Assembly (NCBI GenBank): GCA_964016885.1
Contig: OZ024755.1
Span: 21,700,001-21,764,000, forward strand
Reading direction: 5' to 3'
DNA from: Eledone cirrhosa
Taxonomy: Eukaryota
DNA length: 64,000 nt
In this document: in pieces, positions 25,401 through 36,166 of the stretch
Position numbering within the stretch: the first letter of the stretch is position 1
Layout of the letters: every line of letters begins with the position of its first letter
Program-made: the position numbers and the translations under genes
The notes under the pieces: model-generated
Database searches by the model: none
What the model was told of the DNA's origin: nothing
The model's input: the letters and a program-made list of their open reading frames with translations, nothing else

Positions 25401-28400
25401 CGATTTAACTGACTTACCTCTTCCCCGAAATTACTGGCCTTGTGTCTAAATTATAAACAATTATTATTATTAGTCTATATTATAAACAATTATTATTATT
25501 AATCAATTTGAAAGAAAGCTTACCTGTAGGAATCAGGATGGGCTAAGATTGCACACAAAACATCAGCAGCAGTTTCAAACAGGTCACTGTTTTGCATCAT
25601 CTTAAACAGATGTACAATCAGCTCCTCTCCTTCATGGAGGGGAATTCCAAATTCTGCCCAACTATTGATACACTTCAGGGTTTCCAGTTTCATATTTGTT
25701 GGAGAAGAAGCCATTACGTCTTCAAGTAAAATAATTACTGTAGAGAGAAAACAATGTTATATTTTAAGTAACAATAGACTCAGTTTAAATAAGATAATTA
25801 ACATTAAAATATGACAATAATTACTAGAGGTAGTGAAGGTGCATGGCCTAGTGGTTAGAACGTTGGGCTTGTAATTGGGAGGTGGTGAGTTTGATTCTCA
25901 GACTGGGTGATTCATTGTGTCCTTGAGCTAGACACCTTATTTCATGTTGCTCCAGTTTACGCAGCTGTAGAAATGAGTTGCAACATCACTGGTGCTGAGT
26001 TGTATCGGCCTTTGCCTTTTCCTTAGACAACATTGGTGGCACGGAGAGGGGGAAACTGGTATATATGGGAGACTGCATACCAATCCTGCCTGTAAGGTGG
26101 TAGTGTTGGTGCCACAAGAAATGTTTCAAGTACACACTATAATATGGTTAGCATTAGGAAAGGCATCCAGCCATAGAAAACCAAGCCCCAAACAGATTTG
26201 TATGAGCTAGATGTGGTCAACTGACCTGGCTAGTCATACAACATGACAATTCGTCTAACCCATGCAGGTATGGAAGATGGACATTAAACAATGATGATGA
26301 TATGTGTCATCTATTCATATAACATAGAAACTAATATAATCCCATGTTGACCAAATAACTGCCAAATATCATCCACTTTTTCAATTTACTTGCACTCGGG
26401 TCTTTCTCATTCAATCGACCACAATCAAATCCCTACAATTTTGGAGGTTGATAAAATATTAAAACTTTTATAATTCTAAAATCTTACCATCCTTAAGTTC
26501 ATTGCTGAGATAGTTCTTTACAACTCCTTTTCTGTATTGTGGGAGATAAACACTAAAAAACTGATAAAAAAGGACAGAATTTGTATTAGAAAGAAAAAAA
26601 GAAAAGAAAAAACGATATGATATGAAAACATTAACTTTCAAAATTTGTATTTTCAATGTACCACATATATCAAATATAAATATATAAATAATTCATTTGA
26701 ATTATACTAGTAGAGGTACCTGACAATACCCAGGTATTTTATGAAAGTAACAATATATTTTAGCAAATATTTTGTAATATTTTAGCAAATATTACAAAAT
26801 ATTTTACCAATAAAATAGCATCAGCGTAAAGTGAATTTTAAAATCACCCAACCATGTCTACTGATGTGTTTCTCAAGAGACTGTTGAACAGATTGTTTAG
26901 TTGTTTGGTATGATGGAGTTGTAGAGACACTGCAATGGTATACAGCATTTCTTTGCACCCTCTCCAGGTCTGAACACAGCAGATTTCTTCCAGAGTATAA
27001 TTGAAAATATGAGAGAAGAAATGAGAAAGAGATATAGAGGAAGAATTGATGCCAGTACTAGACTGGAACATTTTTATTGACCTCGAATGGACGAAAGGCA
27101 AAGGTGACCTTGGCGATATTTGAATTTAGAGAGCAGAGTTGGAAAAAATACTACAAAGCATTCTAACCAACATTGCTTATAGATCAAATAATGTACATGA
27201 ACAACTGCGATCAGATTTCTCTTGTAAAACTGACGTAGAAAACATCATAATTCTATTAGGGATTAATAACACTTAGATCTATTAACATCAACATAGGATA
27301 TATAAAGTTATAAACTTACTTCTTCCGGTATAACAGTCAGAGTTTCAATTAAAGCTTCACATAAATTATATTCCTGTCAAATAAAGAGTCAGTATTTTCA
27401 GTTTATTATTTACAATATTTACACACCATCGTCATTTAACATCCATTTTTCCATGCTAGCATGGGTTAGACGAGTTGTCTTGTGAGAAATGCCTGGTCAG
27501 GGTACCATGTCTTGCTCATACAGAACTGATTTTGGCTTGGCTTCTACTGCTGGATGCCCTTCCTAATGCCAACCACATTTACAGTGTGTACTAAGTGCTT
27601 TGTCATGTCACCAACACGACCACTTTACAGTGTGCACTGGGTGCTTTTTGTCATGAAACCTACACAGCGACTTTACAGAGTGGGATGGGTGCTTTTTGTC
27701 GTGACACCTACATGGCGAGCCCACCAGATAATGGAATGGAGGACTCTGTCAAAAGCTTTCTCCAGGTCCACAAATGCCAAGTATAGGGGTTATATATATA
27801 TAGATATCAAGTTATGTAACTAGGTAATAGTCAATGGTAAACATTTGTGAACTTAACTTGTAACAATTAGAGAGACTATTTTGATGCTCTTCAGGCTTAT
27901 ACAAAGAGAATATACATGATAATAAAGTCCTAGATTCATTACATGAACTGGAACACTTTAGATGTAACACTAAATAGTTCAACATTGAACATTTATATAA
28001 CAAATAGCATTACATATATTAATATTTTATGTTTAACCCTTTAGCATTTAAACCGGTCGTATCCGGCCAGAATTCTCTCACCTCTTTCTGTTCAAATCAG
28101 CCGTAACTGGACGCTCATACTTATATTAAGGTATTGTTCTCAAAATAAATAATATCAAAATCTCATAGATTTGATATTATGTGAGGTAAAGCCTTTACCG
28201 TGAAAATACAATAATAAATATAGAGTAATGTAAATGCGAAAGGGTAAAAATGTTGAACTCTAAAAAAAAAATACTTACGCTGACATTAGGAAAATTAGAT
28301 TGATTGAAAGTTTCCCTGAGGTTAGAGACAGGTTTCGGCCACATACTAGGAATTGTTTGAAGCACTAAGGAGGAAAACTAAAAAAAAGAAAAAAGAAATG

Positions 28401-29087
28401 AAAAATAATATAGTATTAGGTAAGGTACATGTGTTCTGGCTGTGAAAAAATAATATTCCAAAGAATAACATTTATGAAGGCCATATCATCATCATCGTTT
28501 AATGTCCATATACATATGCCAAATATCATGTAGATGAAAGAATAACATTTATGAAGGATGGGACAATTTGTTTAACTGTTTAGCATTTAAACTGGCCATA
28601 TCTGGTCAGAATTTTCATATCTCCTTCTGTTCAAACCGGCTGTAACCAGCTACTCATACTGACGTTAAGGTATTGATCTCAAAATAAATAATATGAAAAT
28701 CATACATACAATATTATGTGAGATAATTATGAGATAAAGCCTTTACCACAAAAATTCAATAGTAAATATAGAGTAATGTAAATGCTAAAGGGTTAACCCA
28801 TACTTGTGTGGAAAACACGTTAAGCAGTGATGATGATGATGATGATGATGTTGAAGACCATCAAATACCATGTAGATGGAAGAAATAGTTAGTGAGATCT
28901 AGCAAGACACAGTATGTAACAAAGCTGGTCTTTTGAATTACAGCTACAACTTATTTCTCACAGCAAAGGGAAATAGTGTCTTGCTCAAGGACACTACATG
29001 ATGCTAGGAATCAAACTTATGTCAGGACCAGATTTAACCTTGTGGGGCCCTGGGCAGTTCAGGCTTAGTGGCCCCCACATGTAATAC

Positions 29088-29120
<33 letters not shown>

Positions 29121-30423
29121 GGGGAGGGGGAGTGTTCACCTGTTTGATGAAGGGGCCCCAAGGCATTCACCCTCACTGTCCCGATAAATCTGGCCCCGAC
29201 ACATGACCTTGAAATCTTCAGTTAAATACCCTAACCACTAAACCATGCACATTCACAATCTCTACATGAAGCTAATGTAATTAATACTACTTACTGCTAA
29301 ACATAATCGTGTAAAAATTAGTCGTGGGCCATTTGCATATTCGATAATCTTTTCTAATAACTTGGTCTTCAAAGTTTCATAATCGTTTTGAGGTACTTCA
29401 TGCCTGTAAAAAAGGGAAATATTTTTTTTTTTAAATACAAATAATTTGATGAGTTTATTGAACAATTTGCAGAGTTAGTTTTTCTATTGATATATTGCTG
29501 CTGTTTAGAAGGTCAACCTTGCTTAGAAAACCTAAGAACAAAGGTATTCCAACCAAAGTATTTGTTTTTTTGGAGGGACGGGATGGTCTAGAACTATATC
29601 AACTAATGTGTGCCTTTCTTTAAGTAATTCAAAGGAAATTTGTCTGCTATTTCTAGCAGGTTGAGCAACTTTGTACAGATTCTCTTGTTAGCTCCTTTTT
29701 GCTAGAAATATAGTCACAAAATATTTTAAGAAAGTAACTCACCAAAACTTGGATATTTTCTGATGCAGGCAACTTGCAGCAAAAAACTGCACTTCGGGAC
29801 TCTGAAAAATGAAATTATAAAAATTAACAAATTTCTAATTTTATTTTTGTTAAAACCATTAAAAATAAAATAAAAAACTGTTGTCAAGATGAATATAACC
29901 AATTTTCATGGAACACAGCTCTAGTTTAGGGTATGATTAATAATATACAATTTGAAACTTTTCATTACAATATTTCATATGAAAGACCGTCTATGATTTT
30001 CAAATAATAAATAATTTGGAGTCAATACATTCAGTAAAATCAATTAGTTTACCTGATTAGGGTGAAGAAGTTGCCAGACAAATACCCATGCTTCAGGTGC
30101 TACCCTGGCTTTAGTTAGCCAGGTATGAACTTGTGGCTTCTGATCAGAACTGAAATAGAACTGGCTCACAGCCTAAAACAATGAAATATCAAGAGATTAG
30201 TAAACATACAGTGCATATACATTCAATATATAAAGCAAGTGTGGTAAGAAACCAGGTGGACCATAACGCACCAGAGTACTCGATACTTAGGGTAGTAGAG
30301 TGGGTAAAAGAAAAAGAATTAGGACCTCGACGGCAGGAGCTCAGCTGTCGGGGTCCTGACTCTTTTCCTATATATATATATATATATGTCCCACCCTTGC
30401 AAGCAGGGAAAAGCGGACGTAAA

Positions 30424-30455
<32 letters not shown>

Positions 30456-31766
30456 ATATATATATATATATATATACACGTTTAAATTTGGTGGTTCACC
30501 ACTAGGTAGAAATAGTCATTCTGCAATGTTAACCATAATGTAATAGTAGGAAAGCACTCAACGTTACACAATTCTTTGATGTTGAATCCTGCTGGTGGTG
30601 CGGGAACAAAGTTAAATATTATATTATAGAGTAAAATGACAGGAAGCCAGGCCGGATGAATTCCTTCAATTATTTATTTATATATATATATATAATCATC
30701 ATCATCAAGGTTTAGCGTCCGTGTTCCACGCTTGCATGGGTTTGGACGGGGGTTTTCCCACTTGAGGCAAGAGTGGTTGTCTTGCTCGCATAGGACTATA
30801 TATATATATATATATATATATCATCATCACTGTTTAATGCTTGTGTGGTTTTAGATGGGTTGCCAGGCTAGACAGGTCAGGTGACAACATCTTGCTCATA
30901 TGATCTGTTTTGGGCTTGTTTGTTTCATGACTGGATGCCCCTTCCAATGCCAACCACTTATGCACCCCTCCTAATGCCTTACAAGCCCATTACAGAGTGG
31001 ACAGTGCTATTTTCAAAGCACCAGTACAAGTACCTTACAGGAGGAACTGGGTGGTTTTTGTCATGGCATCATTACAACTACCTTACAGGGGGTGGACTGA
31101 GTGTGTTATATATATATGTGTGTCTGAGTCAGTGAGTGTGCGCGTGTGTTTACATGTTGAGGCCACTAAAATAGTTAGGGGCATTTACACTGTTTCCACT
31201 TTACAACTGTCAATTATAAATCTTATCCTTATACTAGAAGTTATAGCTGAGAATAATATTTATAATCAGCTACTGTAAAGTTGTAGAGCTGAGAACTGGA
31301 CACAGCATAACTGAATGGTTAAGAAGTTCTCTTTGTAAACATTAGATCTTGGGTTCAATCCAACTACGTGGCATCTTTGGTAAATGTCATTTACGATGGT
31401 CTTGGTTCAACCTTGTTAGTGAAATTGGGTAGATGGAAACTGTTTGGAAGCCTATTAGATGGACTGTTACTCTAATTCAAAGGGCCAGCCTTGTCATAGT
31501 CCAGGCCATGCTGAATCTCCATGAGAACTACATTGAGAGTACACGCGTCTGTGGAATGCTCAGCCACTTACATGTTGATCAAACAACTGGAACGTGCATC
31601 ATGGAAAAAGATAGTGCTCTAGTCCTCCATTCTATTCCATATCTGAGAAACAAGTTTCTTCCTTGGTAGTAAGTATATCTGATACAATTTAGATAAGTTT
31701 ATAAATATATAAAGAGATTCTAATGTTAATACGAACCTGTATAACATTACTTGACGTAAACTCCAT
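2330..31766 (-). CDS. IPO13: Importin-13, 28 coding exons, 954 aa
   Basis: Exons in transcript order: 31737-31766, 30053-30172, 29743-29801, 29295-29403, 28279-28377, 27320-27373, 26488-26560, 25524-25737, 24625-24709, 23702-23833, 22749-22829, 22496-22634, 20489-20538, 19612-19707, 18407-18554, 15640-15821, 14701-14727, 14106-14240, 13171-13317, 11903-11983, 10679-10816, 9458-9554, 7446-7498, 5660-5729, 5193-5251, 4509-4598, 2705-2886, 2330-2444. All junctions are GT-AG and phase-compatible, totalling 2865 nt. Motifs matching IPO13: SPEVQFFAASCLHQKISKFW, LPQYRKGVV, CTGLPGYYPVDETCSELTFTFWYAIQDE, EQKEQFRCYRHDIGDT, FREHTDIVE, RERINRRRVRELVKEYSMQCRGLFGTEY. Confidence 0.96.
5835..6107 (-). mobile_element. 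tRNA-derived SINE with V-domain-like centre; second copy at about 20653-20935(+)
   Basis: tRNA-like head, then GATGGACTG-CATCC-GTCCAGGG-like and GAAAC(C/T)GGGATAAGCAC(C/T)GGCC segments resembling V-SINEs. Confidence 0.6.
6556..6649 (-). ncRNA. Hammerhead ribozyme, inverted copy with weakened stem I
   Basis: Reverse complement reads ATCTGC-TTGATAA-GTCGGC...GCCAC-GAAA-CTGCGTAG-TC-GAGGAT. Stem I has a G.A mismatch. Confidence 0.5.
6938..7031 (+). ncRNA. Type I hammerhead ribozyme, U3-A8 core variant
   Basis: Stem I ATCCTC/GAGGAT, core TTGATAA (6944-6950), stem II GT(c)GGC...GCCAC, GAAA (7012-7015), palindromic stem III ACTACGTAGT, cleavage triplet GTC (C7025). Confidence 0.7.
7822..7990 (-). 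mobile_element. Tc1/mariner DNA transposon terminal fragment
   Basis: TA(T)AGGGTGT-type terminus. The - strand encodes DVSEGAHIEHL*, resembling a transposase C-terminus. Confidence 0.55.
8390..9240 (-). mobile_element. RTE-clade LINE, 5'-truncated 3' part
   Basis: ORFs with a PHD-like finger CSICRK...WVHKRC...CSRC, then VDSFRYLG, LHGSETW, RRLRWYGHVMR, RGRGRPRKTW, and a (TGA)n tail. Confidence 0.92.
9575..10430. repeat. Minisatellite, 25-27 bp unit cataattgtt(at/gt)gtgacaacacagtc(c/t)
   Basis: About 30 tandem units. They account for the ORFs made of IMGLCCH and NNYETVLSH repeats. Confidence 0.95.
11300..11490 (+). mobile_element. Abundant tRNA-derived SINE family (about 17 copies or fragments)
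   Basis: GGGCGGTGGATTGGCAGTATCGGTAGAG...GAGTTCAAATCC-GCCGAGGTTAACTTTGCCTTTCATCC...GGCCTTGTGCCAAAAGTAGAAACAATTA. Also at about 13470-13660(-), 14840-15005(-), 17630-17815, 19430-19540, 25245-25470, 32420-32560, 43600-43760(-), 45420-45630, 50235-50425(-), 50450-50650(-), 53855-54043(-), 54383-54550, 56550-56690, 57690-57825, 60616-60810, 63370-63463(-). Confidence 0.9.
11545..11757. mobile_element. Non-autonomous piggyBac-like MITE (about 215-225 bp, 6 copies)
   Basis: TTAA-CCCTTTA(G/A)CATTTA...TAAATGCTAAAGGG-TTAA termini. Other copies at 28033-28248, 28572-28796, 49342-49625 (SINE-interrupted), 49911-50137, 56871-57092. Confidence 0.85.
14270..14545. repeat. Degenerate tandem repeat tatctgataaatattttatatagcagaatta
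   Basis: About 6 diverged units, interrupted by a CR1 3' tail fragment. Confidence 0.75.
15469..15504 (+). ncRNA. Minimal Penelope-type hammerhead motif (degenerate stem III)
   Basis: TCTT-CTGATGA-A-AGAC-TAGC-GTCT-GAAAC-ATT-AAGA. Stem I TCTT/AAGA; the usual AACGTT palindrome is altered to AACATT. Confidence 0.5.
15856..16885 (+). mobile_element. RTE-clade LINE, 5'-truncated and degenerate
   Basis: Close homolog of 8390-9240 (LYADD-like remnant, YGSETW-type and WYGHVMR motifs, same 3' tail and (TGA)n). Confidence 0.9.
17048..17313. mobile_element. pogo/Tigger-like non-autonomous DNA transposon
   Basis: Right end CCCACGGATACCGGGGGACAACTG-TA resembles Tigger/MER2-type TIRs. The left end (tagttgttc) is degenerate. 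Confidence 0.55.
17314..18245. repeat. About 24-bp tandem repeat tatataggtaatta(g/t)caaatc, split by CR1-tail, SINE and RTE fragments
   Basis: Blocks at 17314-17420, 17810-17940 and 18210-18245. Confidence 0.75.
18955..19205 (+). mobile_element. Penelope-like fragment ending in a degenerate hammerhead (19153-19202); related fragment at about 30480-30672
   Basis: CTGATGA, then hairpin CCGG-ATTCA-TAC-TGAAC-CCGG, then GAAA and TGATCA palindrome. Shares ggttcaccact and gcactc(g/a)acgt with the 30.5 kb fragment. Both lie next to (TA)n tracts. Confidence 0.5.
21087..21505. repeat. GC-rich 25-bp minisatellite ggggtgactggtggag(ttagt/ccatc)tgtt with 75-bp higher-order pattern
   Basis: About 16 units. 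Accounts for ORF 21039-21530. Confidence 0.95.
22327..22388. repeat. Perfect 29-bp inverted repeat with 4-nt loop
   Basis: ATTAGTTAAGCAAAACAAGACCACAAATT-GTGA-AATTTGTGGTCTTGTTTTGCTTAACTAAT. Confidence 0.95.
24775..25180. repeat. About 35-bp degenerate minisatellite gtatcataaacccaagacagttttggggcagtttt
   Basis: About 11 diverged tandem units. Confidence 0.9.
29023..29198. mobile_element. hAT-like MITE inserted into a SINE
   Basis: TIR-like ends CAGGACCAGATTTA and TAAATCTGGCCCCG with internal GGGGCCC palindromes. An 8-bp TSD is not clear. Confidence 0.55.
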
Positions 31767-31954
31767 ATTTCAACACAACTCCATTATCCCTACAAACAGA
31801 AATAGTTACAATGAATATTTCAATGTGTGAGTGTTGTTGTTCTGATTTTAAGTAGTGGTAACTATAAAACAATATCTTTGTCATTTAATCAAAACACAAA
31901 GTATTTCATTTCTATTAGAGTTATTTATTAAATAATATATACGTGTGTGTATGT

Positions 31955-31987
<33 letters not shown>

Positions 31988-33149
31988 AATTATTGTGTAA
32001 AGTGCTCAGGTGCACTACAAATCGTCAAAGGTGCATGTATAGTACATAGAATAATACACAAATGTCAGGGAAGTGAATAGTGTATGAGTCATGATATACA
32101 TGTGTGTATGTGTATGGAAGGGGAACATGTGGGTGTATGTTTATATATATATAGTAATGACTTCTACAGGACTAGAACCTTTTCATACATATGAATCCTG
32201 TAAAAGTCATTTCTATATAAAAGATAAAGTTTTGAAAAAAAAAAAGAAAGAAATTCTACACTGTTTGGGTGTTTGTAAAATGCATAGAGAGAAGAACGAA
32301 AAGATTTAAACTATAAAATATAGTCTTAAAATAATCATCTATCAACTATGTTGAAATAACTTCTTTATAAAAGGCCCAATGTATAGCTGTAATTATTATA
32401 ATTTTATACAAAATAAAGTTTGGAGTTCAAATCCTGCTGATGTTAACTTTGCCTTTCATCCTTACAGGGTTGATAAAATAAAGTACCAGTAATGCACTGA
32501 AGTCGATTTAATCAGCTTTCCCCTTCCCTTCAAAATGCTGGCATTTTGCTTAAATCAGAATCCATTATTTTATCTAAAATAAATTATTGAAAAACACTCA
32601 AATCTTACATTCTATGTGTAGAGAGGGCTTAACTATAATTGTTTTTGGTGAGAATAAAGTAGCTTTAACTAGGCAAATATTGAAACCAAGATATGATGAG
32701 CTATTTTAAAGTTGGCACACCTACCAAGTAAAATTCCTAAGATTACATGAATAGAAAATGAATCATTGCCATCATCAAACTGGAATTAATTTCTGTTTAT
32801 AACATGATGTATATCCATATGACTTCAGGAAATTACGAAGTAAGAACATGGTTGAAGACGATGGCTGTAGTTTTTTTAACACAATACTGTAATTACCAAG
32901 GAAAGGACATTAGGATGTATTACAAATTTTATCGTGAAATTTAAACAGAAGCTTATCTGAATGTGGTAGTTTTAATCTTTTAATCTCCCAGTGTCTCTAT
33001 ATATTTATTCAATGTTTCTCAACAAATGTTAACTAATAAAAATATATTTTGAAAAATTGATTTAGTCAGCTGTCAAAATATGATTTTATGTTCAAAACAA
33101 CAACAGGATGTTAGATTCCGGTAAAAAACTAAAAAAAAAAAGCTACTGA

Positions 33150-33330
33150 GTGGAGACTTCTGGTGTCGTCGGCCCTAGGGTTATCTCCCTACTCACCACC
33201 ATAGGCGCTGAGCTGGCCAGCCGCAGGTGTGAGCCCCGCGAGTTGGAGTGGCTTTTCCAGCGCATCTCCCTTGCCGTCCTCCAGAGAAACCTTCTCCATC
33301 CTGTCCACCGGGGCTGTGTGTGACAATTGA
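33150..33330 (+). mobile_element. CRE-type non-LTR retrotransposon 3' end (restriction-like endonuclease C-terminus); related fragments at about 37660-37945, 38330-38630, 39197-39330
   Basis: Translation VETSGVVGPRVISLLTTIGAELASRRCEPRELEWLFQRISLAVLQRN. Other fragments read FAPVALETSGVIGP and PVAVETSDVLG. Confidence 0.7.
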
Positions 33331-33980
33331 TTTTACTCCACATAGAACAAGATACTATATCTTCCCATAGAAACTTCTTTCTATTAAGAAATATCTCACA
33401 AAACTTTCCTGATAGACTGACCAATTCCTTATTGTTTTCTGTTTGTCAGCTACCACCACATAAACAAATATTTCCAATTTTTCAACGCATTAAAGCTGAA
33501 ATTGAATGAAATGAATGCCCTTAAAAAGAATCGACTTAAAATCAACTGCCGCTACATCCTTCACATCTTTCATCATCATCATAATCATGATTTTACGTCC
33601 GCTTTTCCCTGCTTGCAAGGGTGGGACAGGAACTGATTCTGGCTTGATTTCTACAGCTGGATGCCCTTCCTAACGCCAATTTCATTTACAGGGAGTACTG
33701 GGGTGCTTTTTTGCCGTGGCACCTCCATGACCATTTTGCAGTGGAATAATAGGTACCCCAGTCCCTATCATCTCATTTCTACAGCTGAGTAAACTGGAGC
33801 AATGTGAAATAAAGCTCAAGGAAACAACACATCACCCGGTCTGAGAATTGAACTCACAACCTTTCGATTGCAAGGCCAATGCTCTAACCACTAAGCCATG
33901 TCTCCTTTCTAAAATATATATTGATAGCAAAATACTGACCACCAGAAACGTATATATACCCCCATACCACAATGACAGTT

Positions 33981-34032
33981 GGCTTTCCTGATGATTTCCT
34001 TCGAATGAAACAGTTCTAGTCCTGTAGAAGCC
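33981..34032 (+). ncRNA. Type I hammerhead ribozyme motif
   Basis: GGCTTTC-CTGATGA-TTTC-CTTC-GAAT-GAAA-CAG-ttctagtc-CTG-TA-GAAGCC with cleavage triplet GTA. The first stem II pair is a T.T mismatch. A 3'-half copy lies on the - strand at about 32152-32187. Confidence 0.6.
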
Positions 34033-34469
34033 ATTTCTATATAAAATATTATATATACTCTACTATGTATTGAGTACCTTACTTACTGTGGTTACCCTCA
34101 ATCGAACCTGGGATACACACACATAAATATATATATTTGTACCCATGGGTACAAGCTGAAGCATATAGACAATATGCCCCCACACCCTCCCACTGCAAAA
34201 AAAGCACCCAGCCCACACTGTAAAGTAGACGTGTAGGCGCCACGAAAAAGCACCCAGCACTCACTGTAAACGAGGTTGGTGTTAGGAAGGGCATCCAGCT
34301 GTAGAAATCAAGCCAAATCAGTTCCTGTATGAACAAGGCATGGTCAGCCGACCAGACACTGCCCACAACAGGACAACCCGTCTAACCCATGCTAGCGTGG
34401 AAGAACGGACGTAAAACGGTAATGATGATGATGATGATATATATACGCACATATATGTCACATATAAAT

Positions 34470-36070
34470 GCGAGGACCAAAAACGTGAGGTGTTCAGGAT
34501 TGCTAGGCAATGTGTCAAGGAAAACCGTGATATTGTCGGGGAGAAGTGTCCTTAATGATGATGGTGTACTTGCCATCACTGACGCTGATAAGACGGTAGC
34601 TTGTAAGTGTCACTACGAAAGGCTACTAAATGAGGAGAATAAATGGGAGAAAGACAGTCTCCCCCACATCGATCCAATAGAGAGACCAGCAGTGCAAGTT
34701 GAAGGTAGTATAATAAGTAAGGCGATCAAAGATATGAAGACAGGCAAGGCGGCTGGACCTTCGGAAATAGTTGCTGAAATGCTGAAAGCATCTGGAACGG
34801 TGGGACACACTATGGTCACCCGGATAGTAAACCAAGTCATACAGAATGGGGTTGTTCCGAAGGACTGGCGTAGCAGCATCATCATTAACTGCTACAAGGG
34901 TAAAGGAGATGCCCTAGATAGGGGAAACTATAGAGGCATTAAATTAATTGACTAGGTCATGAAGGTCACAGAAAAAGTAATAGCGCAACTAATCAGAGAG
35001 CGAATTGATCTAGATGAAATGCAGTTCGGATTTGTGTCAGGTAAAAGTACCACAGACGCTCTTTTCATTGTACGACAACTACAGAAGTACCTAGCTAAAA
35101 GTAAACCCCTATACTTAGCTTTTGTTGACTTGGAGAAAGCCTTTGACAGAGTACCACGCTCCATTATCTGGTGGGCTCTCAGAAAACTAGGTGTTGATGA
35201 ATGGCTTGTGAGAGCTAAACAAGCCATGTATAAAGAAACAGTCAGCAAGGTTAGAATTAACAACGAATATAGTGAAGAGTTTAGCGTAAAAGTTGGTGTT
35301 CATCAGGGCTCCGTCCTTAGTCCCCTCCTATTTATTATTGCCCTTCAGGCTATAACAGAGGAGTTCAAGACCGGCTGCCCTTGGGAACTCCTATACGCAG
35401 ATGATCCAACGCTCATAGCTGAATCAATGGCTGAACTAGAGAAGAAATTCCAAACATGGAAGCATGGCCTAGAATCAAAAGGCCTTAAAATTAACCTGCC
35501 TAAGACTAAAGTTCTAGTTTGTAGGGAAATGGCCATGCTCAGTGTGTAGGAAAGGAGTAGGCAGAAACTCCATTTTATATCCCAAATGCAAAGTATGGGT
35601 GCATAAAAGATGTAGTGGGATCACAGGTAAGCTAACTAAGAATATAGATTTTATATGTGGCCGGTGCTCAGGTGCAATAAGTAGCAGCAAGTGCCCACAG
35701 AATACTAGCTCATTCCATTGCAGATGGTTCTATAGAAATAGTGGACACCTTCCGTTACCTGGGTGACAAAATCAGCAGTGGTGGAGGGTGCTCTGAAAGT
35801 ACAGTAGCTAGAGTCAGAACGGGATGGAAAAAGTTCAGAGAGCTTATACCACTATTGGCCGCTAAAGGTTTCTCTCTAAAAATGAAAGGCGGCTGTATGA
35901 TGCCTGCATACGAACAGCAATGTTACATGGCAGTGAGACTTGGGCATTGTGCGCAGAGGATATACGCAGACTGGAGAGGAAAGAAGCTTGCATGCTCCGT
36001 TGGATGTGTAATATACGTGAACGTCAAAGCATAAATGAACTAAGGGAGAAATTAGGAATAAGAGGGATCA
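34470..36070 (+). mobile_element. RTE-clade LINE ORF2 (reverse transcriptase) fragment with stops and frameshifts
   Basis: KAAGPSEI, YKGKGDALDRGNYRGIKL, QFGF..GKSTTDA, FVDLEKAFDRV, GVHQGSVLSPLLF, LLYADD, a PHD-like finger and FRYLG. Confidence 0.95.
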
Positions 36071-36130
36071 TCACCCGGTCTGAGAATTGAACTCACAACC
36101 TTTCAATTGTAACCACTAAGCCACGTGCCT

Positions 36131-36166
<36 letters not shown>

